NCBI GenBank assembly: GCA_964455675.1
Contig: CAYVYK010000002.1
Coordinates: 7,791 to 71,790 of the forward strand
DNA: 64,000 nucleotides
Source: an uncultured Methanosarcinales archaeon
GTDB lineage: Archaea > Nanobdellota > Nanobdellia > Woesearchaeales > CAYVYK01
Reading direction: 5' to 3'
A program made the translations under genes and the position numbers. The number at the start of each line of letters is the position of its first letter. Position 1 is the first letter of the stretch. A model generated the notes under the pieces. The model saw nothing but the letters and a program-made list of their open reading frames with translations, was not told the origin of the DNA and searched no databases. Shown one piece after another: positions 47,385 through 57,870 of this stretch.

Positions 47385-50300
47385 TTATGTCACAACCACT
47401 TGCAGTGGCCTGCCATCGCGGGTGTTGCCGTTGTTGTCTTCTGCGCGGAATACGAGGTCATACGTCGCTGCTGCCCCACCAGTCATTTCGCTGAATGCAA
47501 ACTGGTATAGTACCTCTGTGCTTCCAGAGGGTGACTCGCGCTTGATCCCGTCTCGGACGACGGATTCCTTTCCTGCTGAATTTACCGTCAGTTTGACTTT
47601 TTTGACGCCGCTTGGCGAAACGCCCTGACCGGTATCTCCAAAATCAACCACCGGGATATCAATATAATAATCTTTACCTCGGGATACTTCATATTTGTCC
47701 TCTTTGGTCTCTACGAGTTTGTATTGGTCCCCTTCCTTGTAGTACATGGTGGTAGTTCGTAGTTCGGGGGGTGTGACGTCTCTCTTGTCGATCCCTCCGG
47801 CTGTTGTCGAACCGATTGGTTCTGCGCAGATTGCCGAGAATTGGTACTCGAACTTCTGCGCAGTGCCGAGGTATTGCGCGACGCTGTTCTGGTTTGGTTC
47901 GATCGTCCCGTCTGCTGCCTGAATTCCTTCATATATCGTGAACGTTCCAGTCCACGCAACTGGCCTATTCTGATCACACTGCTGAGTTCCCTGCTCGGTC
48001 TGGGTGACTGCTCGGCCGACGAGAACGCTTGCCGTCAGTTTGCCAAAGTCGTTTATTGACGTTCTCAGTGTAATAATGGATTCTCCGCAGTAGTATGTCT
48101 TTCCATCCCCTCTGCAGCGAATCACTGATCCACTTGGTTCAAATGTCTGCACTCCAGTGTTTGGATTCTTCACAAAGTCTCCTGCGATGTATTCAAGATA
48201 TTTCTCTCCGTTCGGTCCAAGCTCTTCAGATACCTGCACTTTCATCGTCGATGAACATTGAACAGGTGTCACGATGCCAAGGTTGTTCACTCCCTCGATG
48301 ACGCATGTGCTGCTGAGCGTGCCAGGTCCTGTGGTGAAATCTGTTCGTGATATCGGAGGGAATGATCGTGTGAGAGGAATGGTTTCACGCCCGTTGAAAG
48401 CGAGGACCTCTGGATTGTTGTAATTATTGTAAATGGATAATCCGTTCTGGTTATTCACATTCACGACGAGATATTTGGTGTACGGACACTCGCTTTCGGA
48501 AACGCCCTCGCATCCTGCCTCATCTGGCATTTTCTGGCTGACCTCGACATCAAATCCAAGGGAATCTCCGATCCTGAATGGATCACCTAGGGCCTTTGGC
48601 CTTCCAATGATGCGCGCCCAATTCTCAGTGCCTGTCTGGAATCCGCAGCGATAACTTAGTGTTGCGACGTCAAATCCGCAAATGCTTGGTGGCGGCGCTC
48701 CTTCCTGTCCAATGTCGCATTCCACGCTGTCCTTGACTGTTTGGTCTTTATTGTCCTTGTACTCCCATGTGAGTCGTGCTTTGTTGTATCGATAGGGCAT
48801 GGTTGTTGTCCAAAAGATGTCCCCTATGTCCTGTTCGCTCAGAACATCTCCTGCTTTCATGTATCCGCCCTTGATGATTGTGGTTTGTGGTGTTCCGCGT
48901 TGGCAGTCGCATAGTCCGTTCTCGAATCCTTCGCTCGCCTTGCATTCTGGTGTTGCGCTGCATTCCATCTCAAGGTACCATCGTATGTCCGCTCCAGCGA
49001 CAAGTCCCGCTCCAAAGTGATACGTCCATGTTGTCATTCCTGGTACTGGCCTTGAGACTTGATTGAATGACATGAATCGCCGCTGGCATGGATAAAGGAG
49101 TCCTTGGCTTTTCACTGGAACAGGGAATCCTTCGCCCTCGACGAGTCCTTCAACGTCGAGATCCCAAACACCAGTAAACGCCCATAAGCAGATCGCGTGG
49201 ATGAGCCGTTTTTCAACAAACAGCGTTTTATAGAGTGTCGTTCCGCCATAGCGATTTGTTATTGAGTCTGACACGCTGTTTCCCGCGCTCGTGAGGGCAC
49301 CGAAGAGATTTCCCATCGTGTCGCTTCCTCCTCGCTGCAGTCCTGAGGCGTACTTCTCCGTGAAGCAATTGATCATGTCCCAGATGAGATCACAGATGTA
49401 GACGCTGAGGACTGCCCTGCAGATGCCTGCGCTTCCGTCTCCTGTCTGGATGATGCTGTTAAAGCATGTCTTAACGGCTGTGAGAATTGCCTTCCACAGC
49501 CGCAGGTAGCTCGTGATTGCAGGCAAGCATACGCACTGGATGCTGCGAAGAAGACTGCTAGTTGGATCAACAATGTATTCCTGGTCCGTTATTCCAATTT
49601 TTGCGTAAATCCGCTCCCACACGTCGTCCGTTTCCTGCCGGTTGATCATTCTGCCATCGGACGCGCACCCGATGACATCCGCGTGGAACTTCTCTTTGAG
49701 TGAAAGCTTGAGCTGGTCGCGTGTCCTTTGATCCGCGTCGTCTTTTGGCATTTCAAACATATCGGTAACGTCCTGGACTGGCCTGAATACGAGGTACGAG
49801 TTTACGGGGCTATCCCCCATGCTGCCAGTTTCATAGTCACTTACACCTGCATTCTCGACTTCTATTGCGCGAAGATCCTTTCGTTCCACGATATAGCCTC
49901 GGTGGATGTAATACAGTTTGTCCTCCGCTGCCCTGCTTCCTCCGATCGATTCTGCGAAGTCTTCAGCGCTGATGATGCGGTAGTAAATGTTTCTGTCGTC
50001 ATTATACGAAAAGACATGCCCTCCAGTGCACGGATATGTTTTTCCCCGGATTTCTCGGGGTTCTCCTTCCGCTTCCCGCATGGCTGACTCTTTTCCAGCT
50101 TCGTCAGGGTAGAATATCACATTTCCAAGGAGTGTGTTCACAGCTCGTCCAGATGGAGAGTACGGGTCCGATACAAGCGCTCTGCTTTCTGATCCATATC
50201 GGAAGTAGGTGTTGACGAGTTGTGGTACCGCCTTTCCATCAGCATCACAGAATCCAGCGACGGCGTTCCAGAGTTTGTTGCAGTCTCCCTCGTTTGAACG

Positions 50301-53300
50301 GTCGTTCGCCTGTTCTGCGGCGAGGCATTTTGATTCTTTCAGCTCGTTCATGATGACGCATGCCGAATTCCAGGTGTTCATGTATTCTGTGCTGCAGCAT
50401 TTTTCGTTTCTTTCGTGAAGTTTACTGCAGTCAACATCCGTTTCTGCGTTTGCCTCACCAGCAACAGTTCCTGCAACAGTCCCGCTTCCTCCGGCTGCGT
50501 TTCCTTTGCCGTTTTGTTGATAGTAATTGTACTGCTTGATGATCTCGTTATAATCATCCGTCGGTACTTCCGCGCAGTCGCTTCCAGCTTTGATAATTGC
50601 TCCATTCCCGCCTCCAAGGTTGACATCAGTGTTCCTTTTATTGCGCTGGTTGTCCTTGATGTATTTCTGGAATGTTGGCGCGCTCGGACAGAACATGCGA
50701 TCGCAAACCCAGTGAGAGAGCTTTTCGAATTTCTGCCTGGTCTCGATTGCCCCTTGGCATGCAAGGCAAGCTTCATTCTTCTGTTTTGATCCTTCATTAT
50801 CTGCTGGATAGACAACATTACATTGTCCCGTCGCTGCGACATCCTTCTTGAACACTCCGCCAGTAAACATTTGGAGGATGTTGCTGTATTCGCAGTTCCA
50901 GCTCTCTTGGAAAGCTAAGACAAACTGGAATAGCCATCCAAAGAGGCACGCGTAAAGCGTGTATTTTTGCACGGTCGCGAGTGGCTTGAGTACTTTGTCT
51001 ATTAGCTCAACCGCTTTTTCTAGGACCTGCACCGATGTCTTCAGGAAGTTGTTTGGGATTACGCTTGGGGGAATGCGTTTGTCTATCGGTATTTCGAGCA
51101 GCCAGCACTGTCTTTGGATGATATTGTTCACTCGGAATCCTTCTTCAGTCATGTCAAGGTATGCTGCCTGGAAGTTCTCGTCGATTTTTTCTTCGATCGT
51201 GAGTTCCATGACGAGTGGTACCCTGATGCATCCTGTTCCCTGGAGGATGCATCGGTCCTCATGGAGCATGCTGATGTTTCTTTCCTTTTCGTAGATTGTC
51301 CAATTCTTTCCTTCACGCGGCTGCTCATTGCCCTGGTAGGACGGATCATATGCGCGGATGTTGACATTGATATACCCGGCCGTGTAGTCCTTGTTCCACA
51401 TTGATCGCACGGTGACTTTATCCGTGTCATAATGGTTTTTCCAGTTTTGCGATAGCGTTTGGAACGTGATCCTTGGTTGCCTTGTGATTTTGTATCGCGG
51501 TGTTGATGTCTGTCCGTAGCTCGTCTCGTTCTGTATGCTTGCCGTCGATGAGAGGTTAACCGCAAATCCTATTTTTGCAAGGCCTTCGAGGATGAGCCTT
51601 GGATTGAGCATGGAGGGGGTGGGTTGTGATATGACAACGTTGAACCAGTTGCCATACCCGCACATCGCGTAGATAATGTCTTTTCGCTCTTCAGCTTCAA
51701 GTCCAGACGTTCCTCGCGCAACAATTCGAACATGATTCATCCATGCGTCGGAGCTCTCGATAAGTCCTTGGACTGATTCTCCTTCTTCTCCCGTTTCTGA
51801 GCTGAACTTGATGTCTCTTTCGAGGGGGATGTGCATTGTGAATGAGTAGTCCTCATGGGTTACGGTAACGTTGACAGGACTTGTCTTGTTGTTGACATAC
51901 GCGTAGAGCGTTGCCTTTTTGTCGAGCTTTCCTCGGACATAGATATCGTTCACATAGCTTGGAGTCAATTCATCAAGGTTGATCTCAACGAATTTTGGCG
52001 CCTGATTTTCAAACACGACTTTCTTTTCCACGGTCACTTTGTTTCCTGCTCGATCCTCGGCCGTGATGGTAACATAGTTCTCGCCCTGGCCCAGCGACAC
52101 CGACTGTGAGAAGTCGCCGCTCAGTGTGAGTTTTTGTGCTTGTTTGAATATCGAACAGGTGAGGTTGAACGTATTCGGCGTCCGGTTGAACTGCTGGCCT
52201 CCAAGAGGTGTTGTGATGATGAGCGACTCTGATAGGACACCTTCATTGCATGAGTCATCAATTGCGCTCACCTGGTACCGATAGGTAGATCCGGAATCAA
52301 CGAATGCGCCCGTATCTCGAAAGTTCGTCGTCCTCGTTGACGTGATCCTCATTCCGTTTCTGTAGATGACGTATTCTCGCAGGTCTTTCTCGGTGTTGCG
52401 ATCCCATCGTAATTCGATCGTGTTCGTGTATACCGTTCCGTTCGTCAGTCCCTTGACCCGTGCTGGTGCTTCTCTGTCTGCTTTGTTGATAACGTCGAAT
52501 GTTATCGTCGCGAGTTCATCCACACTTCCATTCACTGTTATTGCTTGTGTCTTTGCCGTGTCATTGATAGTTCCAATGACAAGCTTGGGAGGCCTGGTAT
52601 CGACGGTGACGGCGAACTCCTTGGCAAGTGTTCCGCCAAGTTGGTCGGTCGCTTCCACTTTAAGCTTATTCTCTCCTTCGTTGAGCATAATTCCGGCGAT
52701 CATGAAGCTTCCGTTCGAGTTTGATCGCACGGATCTGCGAAGTTGTCCTCCCATGAAGAATTTGACGTCGCTGTTCACTTTTGTCGTGCCGGTGACATCA
52801 ATCAATTTTTGGCTCATGAATGGTGGAAGCGTGACGTTCAGGAATGGCTGTACGGTGTCTTCTCCCGTGACAAGCGTTGATTCTGTGCTATTCGTGCATA
52901 CGTTTGCGACGCTGCATGAGCTCACGAGGTACTTGTAACTTTTCCCTTCCTGCAAGGAGAGGACGATCGCGTGCTGGAAAACATATCCTGGAGAGGTATC
53001 AGTGGTGTTTGCTTTCTCAATGCCATAGTACACTTTGGATGTTGCAGGAACATCGGTTGTCCAGCCGATTGTTGCGGTTGTCTTCGTCACACTTTGTATT
53101 TTGACATTTGTTACTTGTGGAGGGTTGAGATTTGGCTGCTGGGCCGTCGTGAAATGGTAGTTTGATCCGAGATTGTCAAGCGTAACGGACTCTCCTTGTT
53201 CGTCGATTCCAACAATCCTGTAGTAGTAGAGTGTTTGGCTTTCCAATGGCGAGAGGACGACGCTGTGGGTCGTTGATAACTGTGCTGATTCACCGATGAG

Positions 53301-53546
53301 GCTGAGGCTTCCCATCGATCCATACTCCACGCGTCCTGTTGACGGAACATCGCTCGTCCACGAGATTGTGGCTTGATTAAATCCAACGCTTGTGTGCGGC
53401 GGTGTCGAAGGCGTGATCGTCAACGCGTACGTCATATGGATAGGTATGAAGATGATGAGTTGTATCATAAATATCGCCACCACTCGAAGGACTGCTTGCG
53501 ATGGCTTCAGAGAACTCCATGGTTGCTCGTCTGCCATGTTGCTCAC
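47385..53546 (-). CDS. Giant (2053 aa) N-terminally anchored surface protein: FN3-like and Ig-like domains followed by ~1300-aa cysteine-rich region of unknown fold
   Basis: Uninterrupted 6.2-kb ORF; N-terminal hydrophobic anchor; two purple-acid-phosphatase-N-like FN3 domains, a further FN3 and Ig-like segments; >40 N-x-S/T sequons; ~70 Cys in the C-terminal two-thirds; GTG start overlapping the upstream stop. Confidence 0.8.
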   Translation of the reverse strand: MSNMADEQPWSSLKPSQAVLRVVAIFMIQLIIFIPIHMTYALTITPSTPPHTSVGFNQATISWTSDVPSTGRVEYGSMGSLSLIGESAQLSTTHSVVLSPLESQTLYYYRIVGIDEQGESVTLDNLGSNYHFTTAQQPNLNPPQVTNVKIQSVTKTTATIGWTTDVPATSKVYYGIEKANTTDTSPGYVFQHAIVLSLQEGKSYKYLVSSCSVANVCTNSTESTLVTGEDTVQPFLNVTLPPFMSQKLIDVTGTTKVNSDVKFFMGGQLRRSVRSNSNGSFMIAGIMLNEGENKLKVEATDQLGGTLAKEFAVTVDTRPPKLVIGTINDTAKTQAITVNGSVDELATITFDVINKADREAPARVKGLTNGTVYTNTIELRWDRNTEKDLREYVIYRNGMRITSTRTTNFRDTGAFVDSGSTYRYQVSAIDDSCNEGVLSESLIITTPLGGQQFNRTPNTFNLTCSIFKQAQKLTLSGDFSQSVSLGQGENYVTITAEDRAGNKVTVEKKVVFENQAPKFVEINLDELTPSYVNDIYVRGKLDKKATLYAYVNNKTSPVNVTVTHEDYSFTMHIPLERDIKFSSETGEEGESVQGLIESSDAWMNHVRIVARGTSGLEAEERKDIIYAMCGYGNWFNVVISQPTPSMLNPRLILEGLAKIGFAVNLSSTASIQNETSYGQTSTPRYKITRQPRITFQTLSQNWKNHYDTDKVTVRSMWNKDYTAGYINVNIRAYDPSYQGNEQPREGKNWTIYEKERNISMLHEDRCILQGTGCIRVPLVMELTIEEKIDENFQAAYLDMTEEGFRVNNIIQRQCWLLEIPIDKRIPPSVIPNNFLKTSVQVLEKAVELIDKVLKPLATVQKYTLYACLFGWLFQFVLAFQESWNCEYSNILQMFTGGVFKKDVAATGQCNVVYPADNEGSKQKNEACLACQGAIETRQKFEKLSHWVCDRMFCPSAPTFQKYIKDNQRNKRNTDVNLGGGNGAIIKAGSDCAEVPTDDYNEIIKQYNYYQQNGKGNAAGGSGTVAGTVAGEANAETDVDCSKLHERNEKCCSTEYMNTWNSACVIMNELKESKCLAAEQANDRSNEGDCNKLWNAVAGFCDADGKAVPQLVNTYFRYGSESRALVSDPYSPSGRAVNTLLGNVIFYPDEAGKESAMREAEGEPREIRGKTYPCTGGHVFSYNDDRNIYYRIISAEDFAESIGGSRAAEDKLYYIHRGYIVERKDLRAIEVENAGVSDYETGSMGDSPVNSYLVFRPVQDVTDMFEMPKDDADQRTRDQLKLSLKEKFHADVIGCASDGRMINRQETDDVWERIYAKIGITDQEYIVDPTSSLLRSIQCVCLPAITSYLRLWKAILTAVKTCFNSIIQTGDGSAGICRAVLSVYICDLIWDMINCFTEKYASGLQRGGSDTMGNLFGALTSAGNSVSDSITNRYGGTTLYKTLFVEKRLIHAICLWAFTGVWDLDVEGLVEGEGFPVPVKSQGLLYPCQRRFMSFNQVSRPVPGMTTWTYHFGAGLVAGADIRWYLEMECSATPECKASEGFENGLCDCQRGTPQTTIIKGGYMKAGDVLSEQDIGDIFWTTTMPYRYNKARLTWEYKDNKDQTVKDSVECDIGQEGAPPPSICGFDVATLSYRCGFQTGTENWARIIGRPKALGDPFRIGDSLGFDVEVSQKMPDEAGCEGVSESECPYTKYLVVNVNNQNGLSIYNNYNNPEVLAFNGRETIPLTRSFPPISRTDFTTGPGTLSSTCVIEGVNNLGIVTPVQCSSTMKVQVSEELGPNGEKYLEYIAGDFVKNPNTGVQTFEPSGSVIRCRGDGKTYYCGESIITLRTSINDFGKLTASVLVGRAVTQTEQGTQQCDQNRPVAWTGTFTIYEGIQAADGTIEPNQNSVAQYLGTAQKFEYQFSAICAEPIGSTTAGGIDKRDVTPPELRTTTMYYKEGDQYKLVETKEDKYEVSRGKDYYIDIPVVDFGDTGQGVSPSGVKKVKLTVNSAGKESVVRDGIKRESPSGSTEVLYQFAFSEMTGGAAATYDLVFRAEDNNGNTRDGRPLQVVVT

Positions 53547-55546
53547 TCTAGCCTCGGGACGAGCTCGTCCGCGTATTCTCCGGTCTCAAAATAATTTGCG
53601 ATCATTGCCTGGTCTTTCTCCGTTACGGGTGTTGGCCTGAATTCGAACATGTTGAAGATGATAGTGTCTGAGGAAGCTACATCATCGTAGCTTGGACTCC
53701 AGGTCCCATCATATCCTCCAAATATGTACTCCCTCGCGTACCCGCGTTTGCTTCCCATGATCTTGACGTCATAGACTATTCCCTCGTCAAGAACGAGGTC
53801 GATTGTTGATCCTGGTGATGGGTAACTGGCATATTGTTCATAGGTTGCGTTTTTCACTGACAGCGATATGGTGACGTTTTCTCTCTCATCAAGGGGTATG
53901 GACACGGGAATGAGCGTTCCCGTCTCGCTGAAGTAGAGATTCTTCCGGACTTCGTAGTTCATCTTCTTTAATCGTTTCATGGGGATCTCTATTGTGTCCT
54001 GTTCCATGTTTAATAATTGTTCCTTCGCCGGAAGGTAGCCTTGTTTTTCACCAAGGATGTAGGGGTATGCACAGTTTGAAGGAAGGGTGGTGCGTAGCTG
54101 GTAGTGTCCATCCTCTCCTCCCGTGATCCCAAGCTCGCAGTAGTCGGAAATGCATAGGTAGCTGATGTTGACGCCGCTAATTTCTTGGCTGTACATTCCG
54201 CCAAACATGCCCATTGCCTTGATCGTAACATCATTTCCTTCCTGCATGCAGAGGTCGCGTGACTGATCTGGGACGTCGAAGAATGTCACGCCGATATCCT
54301 CACGCACGCCCCGATTCTGCTTGATTTGCACAGGCAGGAAGAATGAATAGACATACCCTTGACCGCCATACGATTCCGTGTCGGTGATGGATATTTGCAC
54401 AGGATAGACGACGTCGTATGTAAAGTGATAGAAGTTTATGCAGAGGAACTGGAGGTATTGCTCCGCTCCCCTCGCGCTTTTGGATTTTAGGTATCCGTTG
54501 TGGCTTGGATTGCCGCGGAAGTACATGCCCCATCTTGGTTCGTAGCTAAAACCGACTCGCATGCTAGGTTCGCTCGCCCCAGCATCGACGAGCATGTGGA
54601 AATAGTAGTATGCATCATCCGGTAGACTGAATGTTGGCAAATTTTTGATTTCCCCAGTTTTCTCGTCACGTGGAAGTCCTCTGAACGATTCATATGTTTC
54701 ACGCGGTGCTTCGAATGGCGTGTAGATCGTGTTCTCGACGCGCATCATAGGGATGTTGTATGCGAGGAGTTCTTGCACCTTTGCCCTAAGGCTGCTAATC
54801 TTCCACTTTTCGTGTGTTTTTTGTGTCCCGCATTCAAAAGCGAGGTTCGTGAATGGAATATCAGGATGCCCTGCCATGAGGTCGATCGTGACATTTTCCA
54901 TGAACAGGTATTCATTCTCTGCATCAACAATTTTTTTGGCGAGCGCAAGGATTTTCTTCATACGGACGGGGACATGTATAACGAATTCCTGGATGTCTGC
55001 CCTCGTTTGATTTCCGAAATTGGCTTGCGCACGAAGGAGGTATGTCGTTCGCACTTCAATATCTTCGTTCGTGAAGAGGGTGACTGTCTTCGGGCTTGAG
55101 AGTATCTGCACAGTGTAGTGCTCCTGGAATGCGGTGAAGTTGTTGACGCAGTAGGGGAGCTGTTCATTCATGTAGTTGTTGAATTGCTGTGCAATGACGT
55201 TGAGGTCGGGAAGCTGGCTTTTCCCCCGGTAGTACCACAGAGGACTTTTAAAGTACCCTTGTGGATCCAGATTTACGTACGCCTGAGGTTTTCTAAGTAT
55301 TTCTGGGGGGATCGTGATATAGCCTCCCTGGACTCCCATGAGTTGAACAGCGTTTTCCGCGACATCCTCCATACAGCTTTGCACATAAAGTTGGAGGGGA
55401 ACGATCTCTGGGGGGGTGAGAGCTTCTGGTTGTGTATGCTCGTATTGTCGTCGGTAGAAGATGAATGATAGGATGAGTATGATTGCGATAATGATTACTA
55501 GAATAAAGACTGTCAACTGTCCTTTCACGCACCTCTTTTTTCGCAT
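53543..55546 (-). CDS. N-terminally anchored 667-aa extracellular protein, function unknown, coupled to the giant protein gene
   Basis: N-terminal basic segment plus TM (MRKKRCVKGQLTVFILVIIIAIILILSFIFY); many N-glycosylation sequons; 4-nt stop/start overlap with the giant gene. Confidence 0.7.
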   Translation of the reverse strand: MRKKRCVKGQLTVFILVIIIAIILILSFIFYRRQYEHTQPEALTPPEIVPLQLYVQSCMEDVAENAVQLMGVQGGYITIPPEILRKPQAYVNLDPQGYFKSPLWYYRGKSQLPDLNVIAQQFNNYMNEQLPYCVNNFTAFQEHYTVQILSSPKTVTLFTNEDIEVRTTYLLRAQANFGNQTRADIQEFVIHVPVRMKKILALAKKIVDAENEYLFMENVTIDLMAGHPDIPFTNLAFECGTQKTHEKWKISSLRAKVQELLAYNIPMMRVENTIYTPFEAPRETYESFRGLPRDEKTGEIKNLPTFSLPDDAYYYFHMLVDAGASEPSMRVGFSYEPRWGMYFRGNPSHNGYLKSKSARGAEQYLQFLCINFYHFTYDVVYPVQISITDTESYGGQGYVYSFFLPVQIKQNRGVREDIGVTFFDVPDQSRDLCMQEGNDVTIKAMGMFGGMYSQEISGVNISYLCISDYCELGITGGEDGHYQLRTTLPSNCAYPYILGEKQGYLPAKEQLLNMEQDTIEIPMKRLKKMNYEVRKNLYFSETGTLIPVSIPLDERENVTISLSVKNATYEQYASYPSPGSTIDLVLDEGIVYDVKIMGSKRGYAREYIFGGYDGTWSPSYDDVASSDTIIFNMFEFRPTPVTEKDQAMIANYFETGEYADELVPRLE

Positions 55547-55606
55547 GCGATTTTCCCTAGTTTCCCCGCTGGCTTTTTAAGAATGACAGTTTATATACTT
55601 TTCGAA

Positions 55607-56866
55607 TTATTCAGACGCAGGCTTTCGCAAGCGTATTCTGCCGGGATGCAGATGGTTCCAGGCTTCTTCAAGTTCTGTAAGAATGGTGTCTGCAGTTATG
55701 CTATCTAGGTCCTTAAGTGCTTCTTTGAGATCGTGTTCCGCATGTGCAATCGTGGCGCTTGCGCTGGTCAGGGTTTCTTGGAGCTTGTCCTCGTTTGTTT
55801 TCGCTCCGTTATCCTGGATACTCTCCGTGAGCTCCCGCACCTTTTTTGCCATCGCGTTATACTCGGAAAGGTACTTGGCGAGTTTTTGGACTGTAAGAGC
55901 GTCTATGACCGATAGTGTCTTTTCCTTCCTTCGTTCCTCTATTTCGACCTCATTTGATTGAATGACTTTCTTGAGTTTTTGGAGCGCTCGTACTATTTTC
56001 AGTTCATAATCGTTCACAAGTGCCTGTACAGGGTGAGAGAGGTACGGTTTGATGATCGCTTCTTCTTCAAACGCGATATATGCTAGCTTTTTCAACGGTT
56101 TTTCGAGGAGTTGGAATTCATCAATGAATTCCTTCTCATGTTTTCTGACGGCTTCCTGTGCTTTCAGGAGTTCCTGGTGCATTTTCTCATGATTTGCATA
56201 GATTTCGCTCTCATAGAACTCCCGTAATTTCTGGTCCGCTTCATCCTTTGCGATTCGTGCATCCTCAAGCAATTTTCGGAGCTTATCATGCTCTTCCTGT
56301 TTCTTTCTCCTTAAATCGTGACGCTCGTCAAGAGTTGATATTTTTCTCATAATGTGACGATATGTGTCAAGTTTGAGGTCGGTTAGTCGTGTCTTTAGAT
56401 CGTCATATTCGTTGTCGACATCCTTGATTTTCTGGGCGACTATTTCGCTCTCATGCGCAAAGAACTCCTGCAATATTTTGTATGCTCTCACCGTGCTAAG
56501 CGAAAACCGATCAATCTCTTTTTGGAAATTCGCAAGGCTTTCTTCGATCTGGTCGAGGCTTTCGGGCACATGGAGGTCACGCTCGAGCATTCTCGCCATT
56601 TTAACGTACGTTGCTCGGTTTCCCTGCATGAAATGCTTTGCTTTGTCCGGAATGTTGGGATTTCGGAGTTCCGCTTTCTCGAGGGCATCGAGCGCTTCCA
56701 GAAGTTCTCTTCGCTTGTCAGCAATTTCCTTTGACTTTTCTGTGAGGTAGTTCTTGAGTTCTTCCTCGCCTGTCATGATTTTTTCTGCTGCCTTCGCGCG
56801 CAGTTCATCGATCGTAAGCTCCTCTGGTGGTTCCTCTGCAAAGAATTTCTTCAGGAAGTCGAGCAT
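55607..56866 (-). CDS. Cytoplasmic all-helical coiled-coil protein (419 aa), first gene of the giant-protein operon
   Basis: No TM; Glu/Lys/Leu-rich heptad-like sequence throughout. Confidence 0.6.
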   Translation of the reverse strand: MLDFLKKFFAEEPPEELTIDELRAKAAEKIMTGEEELKNYLTEKSKEIADKRRELLEALDALEKAELRNPNIPDKAKHFMQGNRATYVKMARMLERDLHVPESLDQIEESLANFQKEIDRFSLSTVRAYKILQEFFAHESEIVAQKIKDVDNEYDDLKTRLTDLKLDTYRHIMRKISTLDERHDLRRKKQEEHDKLRKLLEDARIAKDEADQKLREFYESEIYANHEKMHQELLKAQEAVRKHEKEFIDEFQLLEKPLKKLAYIAFEEEAIIKPYLSHPVQALVNDYELKIVRALQKLKKVIQSNEVEIEERRKEKTLSVIDALTVQKLAKYLSEYNAMAKKVRELTESIQDNGAKTNEDKLQETLTSASATIAHAEHDLKEALKDLDSITADTILTELEEAWNHLHPGRIRLRKPASE

Positions 56867-56943
56867 GATTTAGGAGATAGAGTAAGCTATTTAAATTTTG
56901 TACCTGCCATAAACTTATTATACTGCAACATGCAGGAACTCAT

Positions 56944-57342
56944 TTGGTGATGGTATTGGTGAAAAAAACTCAATCAAAGAAAAAAGGTGCTCCAGAGCAC
57001 ACAACACCGACGGTTTCAAAGGACGCCTCCGCTTCGGACGGAAAAGCATGTGCAGTACTCGCGTACTTTCTCGTGGGAATAATCTGGTATTTTGTCGACG
57101 AGAAGATGAAATCCAATGAACTAGCGAAGATTCATGTAAAGCAAGCGCTCGTGCTGCTGCTCGCATCGATCATCGTCAGTGTTGCAGGCGCGATCATCCC
57201 GATCATTGGATGGTTTATCATCGGTCCGATAGGAGGAATTATCGTGTTTGTGCTGTGGATTATTGGTATCGTGTATGCCGCTACAGGGAAGGTGCAAGGC
57301 GTCCCGCTCCTCGGAAACTTTGCGGACAAACTCAAGCTGTAA
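56944..57342 (+). CDS. Small membrane protein (DUF4870-like)
   Basis: 132 aa; Lys-rich N-terminus then 3 TM helices with Gly-rich motifs. Confidence 0.45.
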   Translation: MVMVLVKKTQSKKKGAPEHTTPTVSKDASASDGKACAVLAYFLVGIIWYFVDEKMKSNELAKIHVKQALVLLLASIIVSVAGAIIPIIGWFIIGPIGGIIVFVLWIIGIVYAATGKVQGVPLLGNFADKLKL

Positions 57343-57381
57343 TCCACAACCCTTATAAATGCCGAGAGACTTTGACAGGGA

Positions 57382-57870
57382 ATGATCGACGGCACGATTG
57401 AGATCCAGACAGAGCATGATACTCAAGTATTGACCATTACGGATCGCATTAAGCCCCTTGTTCCAAAGAGCTACGGCATGTTGTTTCTTTTTAATCTTCA
57501 TACAACGTCAGCTATCGCTATGAACGAAAATGAGCAGGGTCTTCATCGCGATCTTGTTGACTTTTTCAAAATGGTTGTTCCAAAACCAAAGGTACCTGGT
57601 TCCAGGTATGAGGATTTTGTAGTGAGCGGAGGAAAAGGCGCTTTCTACCACCATGATGATTTGAGCAGTCGAACACAGAACCTTCGGGAACAGGAGCGAT
57701 CTAATGGCTGGGCGCATATCCGAAGCTTGCTCCTTCCCCAGCAGTTGTGGATTCCATACAAGGCCGGAGAGTTAGTTTTAGGTCAGTTCCAGGAAGTTCT
57801 ATATCTTGAGTTTGACGGTCCACAGAAGAGATCCTTGTATTATAGGTTGGTCGATGGCGCGGTATCATAA
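57382..57870 (+). CDS. YjbQ/UPF0047 family protein (secondary thiamine-phosphate synthase-like)
   Basis: LHTTSAIAMNENE...DL and HIRSLLLPQQLWIPYKAGELVLGQFQEVLYLEFDG match the YjbQ pattern. Confidence 0.7.
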   Translation: MIDGTIEIQTEHDTQVLTITDRIKPLVPKSYGMLFLFNLHTTSAIAMNENEQGLHRDLVDFFKMVVPKPKVPGSRYEDFVVSGGKGAFYHHDDLSSRTQNLREQERSNGWAHIRSLLLPQQLWIPYKAGELVLGQFQEVLYLEFDGPQKRSLYYRLVDGAVS

